Source of the DNA: Octopus vulgaris
Taxonomy: Eukaryota
Assembly: GCA_951406725.2 (NCBI GenBank)
Contig: OX597833.1
Span: 39,556,001-39,620,000 of the forward strand
DNA length: 64,000 bases
Direction: 5' to 3'
How positions within the stretch are numbered: the stretch's first letter is position 1; every line of letters begins with the position of its first letter. The notes under the pieces were generated by a model that saw only the letters and a program-made list of their open reading frames with translations, was not told the origin of the DNA and searched no databases. Positions 39,527 to 54,010 of the stretch are shown one piece after another. A program made the translations under genes and the position numbers.

Positions 39527-40820
39527 GGAACGTACACGTGTGAGTGTGTGTGTCTGTCTGTGTACATGTTTGCATATTTCATATGCATGCACATGTGATT
39601 GTACGTGTGTATATTTTGTATATGCTAACAGTGATTTGCATGTTCATGTTACATATATTGAGATATATATGTATGTATGTACCTCAATATTTGTCTGTAT
39701 CTCTCTCTCTCTCTCATTCTCTCATTCTCTCCCAAACTTCTTCTGTCTTCTAACAAGGAGACATTGTTACTTCACTCTAACTTATACCATTAAGTAGATA
39801 TATCAGTCAAACACAGGAACACAATTTACTTCAGAAATGCTATTATACAACATTACTCACATTGGAATGTCTTGTATAATATTGTATAATACTATTCATT
39901 ACTGTTTAATGCTGTACACTTCTGCACAATATTGTACAGCACTGTGTATCTGTTTAAAAATTTGTGCAAGATTGTTCATTACTGTATATTAGTGTGCCCT
40001 ACTATGCAATACTATAAAAAAAATGCTTGTGGGTGCACTTTGATACACCTCCACAATCATACTCCTCTTCCAATGGGGGGGGGGTAACTGTGTAGCAAGA
40101 AACCTATGCCTGTCCATCTGTCACACTTTAACCTCTCCAAGCATAATGCCTAATGCCAGGTATAGTACCACCTCCTTCAATACTATATGCTACTCAGCTG
40201 AAGGGTCTTGTCTTGCAAGTTATTTGGTGACCTTACTGCTGTTGGGGCCACATGAAAGTGTCCAGTGCACTCAGTAAAGTGGTTGGAATTAGGAAGAGCC
40301 TCCAGCCATAGAAACCATGCCAAACCAGACACTGGTGCTTGGTGCAGTCCTCTGGATTGTCATTTCCTGTATATGTATATATATATATGATGGGCTTCTT
40401 TCAGCTCCCATCAGTCAAATCCACTCACAAGGCTTTGGTCAGCCCAAGGCTAGAGTAGAAGACACTTACTCAAGGTGTTATAAAGTGAAACTGAAACCAA
40501 AACTATGTGGTTGGGAAATAAACTTCTTACCACACAGCCACACCTATAGAAACATTACCTTTCTCTACTACTAACCACTACCCCTGCTCTCTTCTCCCCC
40601 AGAGGTCACTCATGATTGATACACATCACACTCTCCCTCCACATACCATTTCTATGTTAATCCTCTCTAACTTCTGTTGCTCCCATTCTGCCCTACCATA
40701 ACTACCCTTCTTTTAACACTCATTCTCACAGACTCACATTTTCTTCTCATTCTCATACTGTCACCCCAATCACTCCATCTTTTCCACCATACGCTCAATT
40801 CTTCTCCATTCCACCATGTT

Positions 40821-41032
40821 TTAACCTCTTTAGCATTCACATTTTTCTGTCAGAATTAGTGCTTATTTATTCACATTGTTTTGAATTAATCATGCATTAT
40901 CTTGTAACTTCAAGATTTTGATGATGTGATTGTTTATTTTCAAAATAATCTTGTAGAGTAAGTGTGAGAGGTTGGTTTTGGCAGATGGAATATTTTGGCT
41001 GGTTGTGACCAGCTTAAATGCTAAAGGGTTAA
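40821..41032. mobile_element. TTAA-flanked MITE
   Basis: ttaacctctttagcattcac ... aatgctaaagggttaa. Confidence 0.8.
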
Positions 41033-41651
41033 CTCTTGAAGTCATCCAGACTCATATCCATTGCTACTGGTTACAATATATCAAGCAACCAGAGACAACA
41101 TACACTGGTAAAGACTTGTATATTGTCTTGCAGGATACAAGGCAACCTCACAAGTGTTGGTGCCATAGTAAAATGTGCCCAGTACGCTCTGTAGTGTGGT
41201 TGGTGAATGAATGAAGACAACGTAGATCTATGAAGACCTTTTAGTCCTGTCTAATTGAAAATACAACAGCATCATCATTGTTTTACGTCTGCCTTCCACG
41301 CTGGCGTGGGTTAGACGGTTTGACAGGAGCTGGCCCGGCAGAAAACTACACCAGGCTACTGTGTCTGTTTTAGCAAGGTTTTTATAGTTGGATGCCCTTC
41401 CTAACACCAACTACCCTATAGAATGAACTGAGTGCTTTTTATGTGGTGCCACCACAAGTAAGGTCAGTTTTGGCCTGATTTTTACTGTTGGATCCCCTTC
41501 CAAATGCCAACCACTTCACAGAGTGGGCTGGATGTTTTTTTATATGGCATCAGCACTGGAAGGGTCACCAAGTAACTTTGCAAGACAAGGAATCTTTGAG
41601 AGGGGCATTGGAGGAAGTGATCTTGTGTCAGATTACAAAAGGTTAGAATGT

Positions 41652-41711
<60 letters not shown>

Positions 41712-42316
41712 AACAAGTGTCTTGCTGAAGAAAAGGTACATGGTTATCTGGCTAGAGAGAGAGAGAGAGAGAGAGAGTTATCAAGAAAGAGGACAGCATC
41801 TCTAGTGTTATTACTTGGTGATCTTATTGCCACGATAAGATTCATTCAGTTACACTCTGTAATGTGGTTGATCTTAAGAAGGTTACCCAATCATAGAAAC
41901 CATGATAAATACAAAGTACAAGAGAGATGTGGTCTCTTGGTGCATTTGGGAAGGCAATAACATTAATTAAGAACTGACTTTGTATAAAACAATCTACCCA
42001 ATACGTGTCTGTATGGAAAGCAAAAGTAAATTGCTTATTATTATTACTACAGAAATCATTGTTATTATCATGATGCTGATGCGAATGATAAAGATATATA
42101 TGTGCATACATGCACGTTTATATGTATGTATGTGTATGTATGTATGTATGTATGTATGTATGTATGTATGTATGTATGTTTGTATGTATGTATGTATGTA
42201 TGTATGTATGTATGTATGTATGTATGCGTGTATGTATGCAAGTATGTGTATGTATGTATGTATATATATATATATATGTATGTATATGTATATGTATATA
42301 AGCATACTTATGTATA

Positions 42317-42355
<39 letters not shown>

Positions 42356-43129
42356 GCATGCATAGATACACATACATGCAAATATATATGTATGTGTGTA
42401 TATATGTGTGTATGTATTTGTGAGTGTGTGTATAAAGGAGCAGCTTTTGTATGTTTGCATGTATGTGTTAGGTTCTCTCACTCCTTTTGTTATTATTGTT
42501 GTTGTTGTTGTTGTTGTTGCTCCATCATTTTTCTCTCCACCTTTCAATCTATTTAACTTGATCAGCAACAACTACAACAGCAACATTATCTTCGACACCA
42601 CCACCACCACCACTAACAACATCAACAACAACAACAAATATGAGTAAATCAATAGTACTTTTTATTGATTTTTTTCAAAGTGATTTCAAGTTTCATTCAT
42701 TTATACCAGGTGATATTTCTATAGATGTTACTCAACCACCCCAACACTACCACCCTCACTATGCTACCATACTACCAGTGTTACTAAGACTTACACTACC
42801 AATACACACATTAGTATTGCAGATGCGCACACATGCACCCATGTGTACACAAACACACACACACACTCCATACTACACACCACTACACACTTCAAATGTG
42901 CCAAAGATGGAGCAGCTTCCTCATAGATATTCGACTTGCTAGAAAAAGCAGCCAAATTTCATGAAATTAAATCCTATCTAACTGAAAGAGACTGGACATC
43001 TGTAATACTGTTAACCGTCCAAAAAGACAGTATGACTGTAGTTAGTACTTTTCATCAGTTTTCCCATTCAGAAACAACCTAATGTTAAACCATGCACTCT
43101 GTCATCACATATTAATATTATATACATGG

Positions 43130-43296
43130 AGCAGGAGTGACTGTGTGGTAAGTAGCTTGCTTACCAACCACATGGTTCGGGATTCAGTCCCACTGTGTGG
43201 CACCTTAGGCAAGTGTCTTCTACTATAGTCTCGGGCCAACCAAAGCCTTGTGAGTGTATTTGGTAGGCAGAAACTGAAAGAAGCCCATCGTATATA

Positions 43297-43394
<98 letters not shown>

Positions 43395-43604
43395 TGTGTC
43401 TGTTTTCGCCCCCTCCCCCCAGCATCGCTTGACAACTGATGCTGGTATGTTTACATCCCCGTAACTTAGCGTTTGGCCAAAGAGACCAATAGAATAAGTA
43501 CTAGGCTTCCAAAGAATAAGTCCTGAGGTCGATTTGCTTGACTAAATGTGGTGCTCCAGCATGGCTGCAGCCAAATGACTGAAACAAGTAAAAGAGTAAA
43601 AGAG
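43130..43604 (+). mobile_element. SINE family A
   Basis: gcaggagtgactgtgtggtaagtagcttgc...gaaacaagtaaaagag. Confidence 0.9.
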
Positions 43605-43807
43605 GAGGTTAAGGTGGTGAGCTTGCAAAATGCTTAGAGGCATTTCATCTGTCTGTATATTCTGAGTTCCAATTTTGCCGAGGTTCACTTTACCTTTTAT
43701 CCTTTCAAGATCAATTATATAAGTACCAGTTCAGCATTGGGTTGAAGTAATTGTCTTACCTTCTTCCTCAAAATTACTAGCCTTGTGCCAAAATTTGAAA
43801 TCATATT

Positions 43808-44035
43808 TAACCCTTTTGTTACCATATTTCTGTTGAGATGCTCTGTGTTTCTTTCAATTAATTTTAAATATAACAAAGAATTTAGTAAAATAACTTAGTT
43901 GTCATTAAGCTGTGTTGAGAACATAATTTGTAACTAGGGTTTGGTGGAAGATTTTAATTCAGAACTTTTGAAAACAAGACATTTGTACTACAGAGCCAGA
44001 GGCAGTTTCAGGTGGATTGGTATCAAAATGGTTAA
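43808..44035. mobile_element. Second TTAA-flanked MITE family
   Basis: ttaacccttttgttacca ... tggtatcaaaatggttaa imperfect TIRs. Confidence 0.6.
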
Positions 44036-44112
44036 GGTAGAATGCTGGCAGAATCATTAATATGCCAAACAAAATTCTTAATGGTGTTTCATCCATCTCT
44101 ATGTTCAAAGTA

Positions 44113-44679
44113 TTGGGTTGTCTAGAAAGTTTGTGCTGATTTCTAAAGGAAAGAAAAGGGTCAATAAATACTTGCCATTACATTTTTAATTGACCAAATA
44201 TAAACCATTTTGTTGCACAATGCGTCTCCATCTTTCCTTTAACTTGAAAATACCCTCTTCCCAGAATTGAGGTGGTTTCATGGCAAAGAATTCATCAAGG
44301 TATCTTTTTACGTCATCCAAGGAATTGAAATTTTTACCATTAAGACTATTCTGCAGTGACCTGAATAAGCGGAAATCCGAAGGAGCAATATCTGGTGCAT
44401 ATGGAGGGTGGGGTAACACATCCCAGCCAAGCTGCAGCAATTTTTGTCTGGTTCCCAAAGCATCAAGTGCCGAAAATGAACTTTCTTATCTTCCATTTTA
44501 AAGGATTACAGAATTAAAACAGGTTATAGGAACATAAACCTTCTTCCACGAAAAGATAGCTTAAACTGTGCTCTAAATAGAGGTGTAGTCAAATCCTATT
44601 TTATGGACTCAACCATGTTCTAAAATAAGGTCGAAAGGTAAGCTGCTATAAATCAGCACGAACTTTCCGGACAACCCAA
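44113..44679 (-). mobile_element. Non-autonomous mariner deletion derivative (567 bp) inserted in a SINE
   Basis: TA-TTGGGTTGTCTAGAAAGTTTGTGCTGATTT / AAATCAGCACGAACTTTCCGGACAACCCAA-TA; MEDKKVHFRHLML joined to TRQKLLQLGWDVLPHPPYAPDIAPSDFRLFRSLQN. Confidence 0.95.
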
Positions 44680-45942
44680 TACAAACTCTGCCAAGGCCAA
44701 CTTTGCCTTTCATACTTTCAGGAATGATAAAATAAGTACTAGGTGAGCACTGAGGTCAATGTCATTGACATACCCACTAACCCGAAATTGTTAAGCCTTG
44801 AGCCAAAATTTGAAATCAATATTATATACATGGAGGGCAGTGAGGTGGCAGAACATATTTGCATTCTGAGCAAAATGCTTACTGGCATTTCGCCCATCTA
44901 TATGCTCTGTGTTCAAATCCTGCCTTTCAGAGATGACAGAATAACTACCTGTAGATCACTGGGAATTATTGGAATCTTGGGCTTTACAGAGATGTAAACA
45001 AAACAACACTGGTTGTCAAGTGGTGATGGATGTGTATATAAATAAATAAATATATATATATTTGTATGTATGTATGTATGTATGTATGTATGTATGTATG
45101 TATGTATGTATGTATGTATGTATACAACCTTATGCATACACACACACACACACATATATATATGCATGTACATCTACAACTTATACATATATATATATAT
45201 ATATCCCCACCAGCACAAGACCAGTCAGGTGGTCAATGCCAGTGCCGCCTGACTGGTCCTGTGCTAGTGGCACATAAAAAGCACCATTCAAGCATAGACG
45301 TTGCCTGTATTGCCTGACTGGCCCCTGTGCTGGTGGCATGTAAAAAGCACCATTCAAGTGTGGTCAGTGCCAGTACTGCCTGACTGGCCCGCATGCCGGT
45401 GGCATGAAAAAAAGCATCCACTACACACTCTGAGTTGTTGGCATTAGGAAGGGCATCCAGCTGTAGAAATTTTGGCAGATCAGACTGGAGCTTGGTACAA
45501 CCTTCTGGCTTGCCAGTCCTCAGTGAAACCGTCCAATCCATGCCAGCATGGAAAGCAGATGTTAAACAATGATGATGACGATGATGATACCCACTAAGAG
45601 CTTCCACACAGTTTCCATCTTCCATATTCATGCACAGGACATTGGTCAACTCAAGGTTATCATAGAAGACATTTGCCCAGGTATCAGTAATATAATCAGA
45701 GACTTAAAAGACAACAGGGTTGTCATGTATGGAACACCTCTAGTTAAAGGTTTACTTAATCAGGGTTGACTGAAGGTTAAACAAGAACAATAATAACAGC
45801 ACTGCATGCACTCCACCACTGCACACATCACCACCACATGGCTCACACACCACTCCGTACACATATATACATATATACTACTACGCCTTGCACATCATTA
45901 CATACATATAAGGACCACTGCAAACACCTCTGTACCACCACC

Positions 45943-46648
45943 TTAACTCTTTAGCATTTAAAACAGCCATATCCAGCCAAAATATTCTACCGGCTTCATG
46001 CTCAAACCATCTAGGTCTGACCTATCACACCTATCCTCTAAAATGCCATTCTAAAAATTAACAGTCAGATCATCAAAACCTCAAAACTGCAAGATAATGT
46101 GTGATTAATTCAAAACGATGCGAAGCAATAAGTACCGTAAATCCTCAAGTATAGTCCGCCCTTGAGTATAATACGCAGGGGATTTTTAGGGGGCTGTACC
46201 TCTGAAAAACCTAAACCTTGTGTATAATATGCACCTCTTCTCTAAGTTGAGTCAAGGAGGTCTATATAACGTCCTTTATTTGTAAAAATGTATACGGTAA
46301 CATCCTTTATTATTATTGTATATATAACATAATGCAAATGGGTAGCTTTTTTGTGCATTTTGTTTGCAGAAAATAAAGAAATAACAGTAATAACAGTAAT
46401 AACGGCTAATAAATGTTGCTTACTGCAAGGTATTTTTGCGCCCGACATCACAAAATGCAACTGAATAAACATTGCCGGACAGAAAATAAAGACCCGGTCA
46501 TTGCTGAGAAAATAATTTTCATTTTTAACCTCAAATATTGTACACACTAGGGATTTTGACCTTTAAATTTTGGGAAAAAAATGCGGATTATACTTGAGAT
46601 ATTTACGGTATAACATTTGACAGGGTAATCTGATTGCTAAAGGGTTAA
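45943..46648. mobile_element. TTAA-flanked MITE carrying a nested element
   Basis: ttaactctttagcattt ... ttgctaaagggttaa. Confidence 0.75.
46135..46608. mobile_element. TA-flanked MITE with CCGTA termini (Tc2/pogo-like)
   Basis: TA-CCGTAAATCCTCAAGTATAGTCCGC ... GCGGATTATACTTGAGATATTTACGG-TA. Confidence 0.85.
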
Positions 46649-46749
46649 ACAGCTGTTATTTCTGCAAGTCAATAAAGAATTCCCCTATGTAATCGGTCAA
46701 TCTGCATCACTACTCTCTCTCCATATCAAACATTCATATTGGTGCCACA

Positions 46750-47560
46750 CCCTTTCATATATCCATGCCATATGTCATGTCCCATGCACACTATTCCACC
46801 TCTTGCTAAAGGCCTTGTGCACATTCTCTCTCACAACTTGTATTACATCCTGCCACTCTCTCACTCACCCGCGTACCATACCCTTACGCCACATCCTCAT
46901 ACCACTCCCTTGTGCCGCACGCTCAATCCACGACCTCATGCCACACACTCTCATGCACACTCCTGTCACACCCTCATTCCACACCCACATACCACACCCT
47001 CACACATGCCACACCCTTACTCCTCACTCTCATACCACACCCTCATTCCTCACCCTCATGCCACACCCTCACTCATCACTCTCATGCCACACCCTCATAT
47101 CACACCCTCCTGTCACACCCTTATGCCACACCCACATACCACACCCTCACTCATGCCACACCCTCACTCCTCACTCTCCTACCACACCCTCATTCATCAA
47201 CCTCATGCCACATCCTCACTCCTCACCCTCACTCCTCACCCTCATGCCACACCCTCATACCACACCCTCCTGTCACACCCCTATGTCACACCCACATACC
47301 ACACCCTCATTCATGCCACACCCTCATTCCTCACCCTCATGCCACACCCTCCAACACACCCCATGCACCACCCTCTCATACTCTACAGAGCATTCCATAC
47401 ACCTCACACCATACCCGTTGCACTGAACCTATACCACACTACACTAAATTCTCCACAAGCACCATACTACCCCATGCAATGCACACCACTTCACCCCTCC
47501 CACACACATACACCCATGCTACACTCTCCCCCCACATAATCCATGTCACCCCACCACACA
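46750..47560. repeat. C/A-rich minisatellite (ccacaccctcat-based, with higher-order duplication)
   Basis: Explains the three overlapping His/Pro/Thr-rich ORFs. Confidence 0.9.
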
Positions 47561-49049
47561 CAGACACACACACATACATCATTTTTTTTTCAATCCAGTA
47601 CAATCAATTTCAAAAGACCAATTAGAATTCCATTCTGTTCTAATGGTAAATGGTAAATCTTCCAGCAGCACATCTTCATTTCCATGACAACCGTAATTAG
47701 TTACTTCCTGATTAGACAGAACACATGTTGCGGTGGTCATCCCTTGTGTCCAGAGAAGGAAGTGGGGGTAGAGAGGAGCTAAAGAATATGTGTCTATCTG
47801 GTGGTGGTGGTGGTGGTGGAAGATATCTTTTGTAGGGTGATTTGACACACACACACACAAATATAACCACAACACACTCTTATTCCTGTGTACACACATC
47901 CTCATGAAAGTATCCACATATACTTTAACATTTGCACACACACACACACATGCACACATTCTCAGAGACCTCAGGCTCCTCTACACACAGACATATATAG
48001 ACACACATACACATATATACAGAAATGCTTCCACCCGTATATGCACTAGTCATCATTTGTAGACCGGCATTCCACCAGTTCAATACCAGGATGAGCTCTC
48101 TGTTATGAGAACTGGAGTACAGAAGTGATTTCTCCTGTAAGACACCAAAAGGTAGGAGCTGGATCCCTTGTTAAATGTTAACGAATAACTTTCCAGTTTT
48201 ACAGTTGCTACTTCATTTATTGTTCTTTTATAACTGTTTACAATTAAGTGGAGAATTAATTAACCTAGCTATACAAGACACATAGACACAACATAATGCT
48301 GATGAGAGAAAGTGAACAGCTGACCTCTCAGCTCGTTGCTCATTACTTTTTGCACCAGTGCATGTATACTGGACAAAACGTGTGTGTGTGTGTGTGTTTA
48401 TGTAGAATGTTTTATGTCAGATGAATGAAAGAAGGTTGGTTGATACATTTTGAAGGGAATATAGTTTTATCAAAACTGAATGTTTGGCTTGTAATGAAAG
48501 TTTCATGCCATTGTGATCTTCAGGTAAGAACTGTTACAGTTCAGTATAAGTGATGTATTTATATCCTTTGGTGGGTGAGTGTTCTAGTGTTTGTATCTAT
48601 ATTTTGCTTTGCATTTCATATTTTTGATTGGGCATTGTTTCTCTGGACTATTTATTGGTTGTTTAGAAGACACATTTTTGTGATGTATTCCTCATTTATA
48701 TTTCTCATAAGCGTTGGAGTGAGAATTATTAATTTCATTATAGTTTATAGTTTAGTTGGTGATGGAGTACATTTCCATTTTCTTTTTCTGTGCATATATT
48801 AGGTTGGATATGGTGCTGAAGAAGGAGCAACAACTCCTGAAATATGCATATACACCCATTCATTACATACTAAGGCAGTGCTCCAGGATGGCCACAGTCT
48901 AATGACTGAAACAAATAAAAGATAAAAGAAAAGGTTATGTGTGGGGATTGTAAGGTGATAAATGTTGTTTGGAGAAAGGTTGTTTATGAATGATGTTAAC
49001 CTTGAAATCAATTAAGGCCATATCTAATTGTAGGTAGTTATATTCTTGT

Positions 49050-49810
49050 GAAGGCACGTGACTCAGTGGTTGGAGCATTGAGCTCACGATCATGAGGTAG
49101 TGAGTTTGATTCCCAGACTGGGCTGTGTGTTGTGTGCTTGAGCAAGACACTTTATTTCACATTGCTCCAGTTCTACTCAGTTGTAGAAATGAGTTGCAAT
49201 GTCACTCGTGCCAAGCTGTATCGGCTGTTGCCTTTCCCTTGGATAACACCAGTGGTGTGGAGAGTGGAGGCTTGTATGCGTGGGCAACTGCTGGTCTTCT
49301 TTAAACAACCTTGCCCAGACTTGTGCCTCAGAGGGAAACTTTCTAGGATACAATCTCATGGTCATTCATGACAGAAGTGGATCTTTACCTTATGTATGTA
49401 TGTATGTATGTATGTATGTATGTATGTATGTATGTATGTATGTATGTATGTATGTACGTATGTATGAGTGAAGGTGCATGGCTCAGTGGTTAGAGCATCA
49501 GGCTCACAATCATGTGGTAGTGGGTTCAACTCCTAGACCAGGCTGTGTGTTGTATTCTTGAGCAAGAAATTTTATTTTACTCTGCTCCTGTTCACTCAGC
49601 TGTAGAAATGAGTTGCGGCGTCACTGGTGCCAAGATGTATCGGCCTTTGCTTTCCCTTGGATAACATCAGTGGTATGGTGAGGGGAGGCTGGTATGCATG
49701 AGCAAACTACTGTTCCATAAACAAACTTGATCAGACTTGTGCACTGGAGGGTAACTTTCTTGATGCAGTCCCATGGTCATTCATGACCAAAGGGGATCTT
49801 TACTTTTTAC
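49050..49810 (+). mobile_element. Two tandem SINE family C copies separated by (TATG)n
   Basis: Each starts aagg(c/t)(a/g)c(g/a)tg(a/g)ctcagtggtt and ends catgac..aag.ggatcttta. Confidence 0.85.
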
Positions 49811-50333
49811 CCTAGTTATATTCTTAATGAATGGGGATACCCATCTGAGTGAGTTTTGGTGTTGAGTATTTGGAATTGTATGAAAAACATCTGTCTTTTA
49901 TACTTGTTGATATTGAGATGGAATTTTGTTCATTTGTTATGAGAAAATATGTGTAGTTGTATGCATGTGTGCATGCGCGCACGTGTGTGTGTGTGTGTGT
50001 CTGGTCATTTCCTATGGTTACATGTTTTCAGAATTTTGTGTGTCACATGGTATTAAGGGAATATTTGTGTGTGAATCTGTGTGTGGCTGTGTGTGTGTGT
50101 GTGTGTGTGTGTGTTTGTGTGTGTGTGTTTGTGTTTGTGTGTGTGTGTGTGTTCGTGTCCGTGTGTGTTCGTGTCCGTGTGTGTTCGTGTCCGTGTGTGT
50201 GTCTGATCATTTCCTATGGTTACATGTTTTCAGAATTTTGTGTCTCACATGGTTTTAAGGAAATATTTGTGTATGAATTTGTGTGTGGCTGTGTGTGTGT
50301 GTGTGTGTTTGTGTGTGTGTTTGTGTGTGTGTT

Positions 50334-50364
<31 letters not shown>

Positions 50365-52304
50365 GGTCATCTAGCTTTCATATGCATGTGTGTATGACTG
50401 GGAAGGGTTCTTGCTGATTTGCTAGTGGTCATGGAATATATTATGAAAATAAAAATATATGTATGGTGTGTGTGTGTGAGTGTGATTTTGTGAGTCCCTT
50501 ATAGAGAAAGGTGTGTATGAGCAGTGTTAGCTGTGAAACTAATTAAGAACGTATCTACTGTGGATAGGGATGATTTTAATGAATGACGTTTCAAGGTTGA
50601 GTGGTTTTGCCATGTTGTGTTATTAGACATTTATTGGTGTTTGTGTTTTCTTTTTAGTATGTAATGAATAAACAACTTACTTTTATGCTCATTAGTATGT
50701 GTGTTGAGTATGTGTATTTGGTGTAGTTGTAATGGAATTTTGTTTTGGATGAAATGGTATTTTATTCTATTGTTTTGAAAAATATTTACCTGTGTGAGTG
50801 TGTGTGTGTAAGTATGTGCATGTATGCGTGTATATGTGTGTGTATTTGTGTGAATGTGTGTGTGTGTGCACTCATGCATACACACACACACACACATGAG
50901 AGTGTGATGGCTGAGATGACTAGGGGTGTATTGTTATTTGTCTAAACCCAAACTACATACAAATACTCAATAAATAGAAAATGCAGACCAATGAACAGAC
51001 ACAATCATCAGTCCACCCCACCACCACCACCACCCATAATTACAAAAACTACAACATGTAAAAGACAAAAGTCCTAAACAGCTAATGAAGAAGCCAGAAA
51101 ACACAGCATCCAATCAATGACTGAAATGCTGATCAATCAACAAACACAACCACTTGACCAACCACACATATAAACCAAAAAATATAAAAAAACCCAAAAC
51201 TGAGTTGTAACAGTTCTTGCCTGACGATCACAGTTGTGTGAAACACAACCTGTGTAAGAGACAAACATTCAGTTTCTATAAAACTATGGCTGTGGCCATG
51301 TTGGTGGTGCTCCACATTGCTACAGCATGGCTACTGTAATGATTTAATTGTAGAGGTGCATGGCTTAATGGTTAGAGTGCAGGACACATGAGTGTAAGAT
51401 TGTGATTTTGATTCCTGGACCAGGCGATTCATTGTGTTCTTGAGCAAGACATTTCATTTCATGTTGCTCCAGTCCACTCAGCTGGTAAAAAAAGAGTAAT
51501 CCTGAAAAGGACCAGCTTCCCATCCAGGAAGGTGTATATATATCTGAGATACTTGGAAACTGGCCCTATGCTCCTTACAAAATAATGTGAACTAACCTTT
51601 AATTTTATCATTTTAGATTTACTTCTGTTACAGACCAAGCAATAACATCCATCAACTTTCCATCCAAGCCTTCTTTTTTTAAAAGCTTAGCCATAGGAAG
51701 AAGATCAATGTCCACGACTAAGGTCTCCAAGACTAGTGGAAAGAAGGGAAGAATTTATCTTCAGACTGTTGACTTGGGCCCAAATGCTTGCAACAAAGAG
51801 TATCCCATATTAAGGTACCAAAACACCAAGTAATTGCATTAAACAAGGTGACGGATTAAGAATACCACCCTAAGATAGATACAATTTATCTCAGAAGTAT
51901 GTAGCTGACCTAATGCTCTGATATAATACACTTGCCCAAGGGGCTGTTTTTACTGTTGTTAAGCCTTGTTGTTAGCCAGACATTGCACATGAGAGGTGTT
52001 GACTGTTTCAACTGATCAGATATTGTTGTTGCTACCTTCACACTCTAATATAATGTTATTGATCTCCGTCTATGTCTAACTCAATCAATATATACTTCCA
52101 CTTCTGTTGCTCTACGAGCTCTGTTTCTTTGCTTTGAAAAACCAATCACATAAGTAATCAATCACAGTGCTAATTAATCACATTACTAATCAATCACATC
52201 TGTGATCAATTACATTATTAAACCATTGTTTGATACATATTGAACTATTATCTATTGTCTTCACTACAGTGGTAACAAGAGGCAAATGCTATCAAGCTAT
52301 TTGG

Positions 52305-52354
<50 letters not shown>

Positions 52355-52628
52355 GTTGTCGTCATCATCATCATCATCATTGTCGTCATCATCATCATCA
52401 TCATCATCATCATCGTTGTCGTCATCATCATCATCATCATCGTCATTGTTTAACATCTGTTTTACATCCTGGCATCAGTTAGACAGTTTGGCATCAGGCT
52501 CCAATTGTCTGTTGTATGGTTTCTACAACTGGATGCCCTTCCTCTGGCCAACCATTTAACAGAATGTATGTATGTGTGTATGTATGTTTGTATGTATGTA
52601 CATATGTATGTATCTATCTGTCTGTTTA

Positions 52629-52700
<72 letters not shown>

Positions 52701-52950
52701 CATATCTATCTATCTATTTATCTATCTGTCAAATCTATCTATTTATCGACCTATCTATCACTATTTTACTCACTCCGTCTATTTTATTGTGTGTGTGTGT
52801 GTGTTTCTTTCTATGTTCCTATCTGTGGAAGAGCATAGGCTTGAAACGTTAAAGACTTTTTCACTTCCCGAACATTAAACTAATACATCTGTTGTCTACA
52901 CCACCTGTCTTCATCTTTTGTCTTTTTTGTGAATTCTCCCCTATAAATAA

Positions 52951-52999
<49 letters not shown>

Positions 53000-53129
53000 C
53001 ATATATATCTACTTACCTACCTATTTATCTATCTATCACATTAGTGACATTTCTTATCTAGCACTCTTGTGGCAAATAAAGTTATATTATCATCAATGTT
53101 ACCATCTATTATTATCATTATTATTATTA

Positions 53130-53160
<31 letters not shown>

Positions 53161-53767
53161 AATTATTATTATTATTATTAATAATAATGATAATAATAAT
53201 AACAATAACAACAACAGCAACAACCATTTTAGTAGCAGTGTATCTGTTTTATTTTATTTTGTTTGATATCCATTCAACAGTTTGTAGAGTCTTTCACAGC
53301 ATTATGCACAAATCTTTGCTATAACTTGAAGCAATATGTAACACTCTCCGATAACAAATTCTATTTGACAAATCATATTTCATAAATACCCTTTCGTAAA
53401 TCTCATTTTATAAATATCATTTGATAAATCCCATTTGATAAATGCCATAGAATAACCTTTTCATGCATTCACTTTAAAATATGTCTTTGATAAATCCTAT
53501 TTCATAATTCCCATTTGACAAACATTTCCATAAATTAAATTGTAATTTTGTTAAACTTTCAGCTATTTATATACGCTGGCATTTATTAAAATCATTTTCT
53601 ATTCAGATCTATTGGATATCGCTGTTAATATAGCTGACTGCAATAATGGTTAGTGTGTGTCTTTTAATGTCCTCTGTGACATGAGCCAATGATGATATCA
53701 ACTAAGGCAACATTGCTTGAACATTCTATTGTTGCAGTCTTTTCACAGCACTAGGAAAACAAATACC

Positions 53768-53833
<66 letters not shown>

Positions 53834-53840
53834 GATAATG

Positions 53841-53937
<97 letters not shown>

Positions 53938-53960
53938 TAATAATGATAATGATAATAATG

Positions 53961-54010
<50 letters not shown>
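53768..54010. repeat. (AAT/GAT)n microsatellite
   Basis: Direct inspection. Confidence 0.98.

Noticed and set aside
42910-43070. Segment resembling the 683-815 repeat with a minus-strand CTGATGA
   Set aside because: Short similarity only; no matching GAAA, stem III or stem I could be assembled
44186-44458. SETMAR host gene
   Set aside because: Lies between mariner TIRs, internally deleted, no SET domain
46739-47625. 266-aa His/Pro/Thr-rich ORF resembling a structural or histidine-rich protein
   Set aside because: All three frames are open because the C/A-rich minisatellite lacks stop codons; no signal peptide or splice context seen
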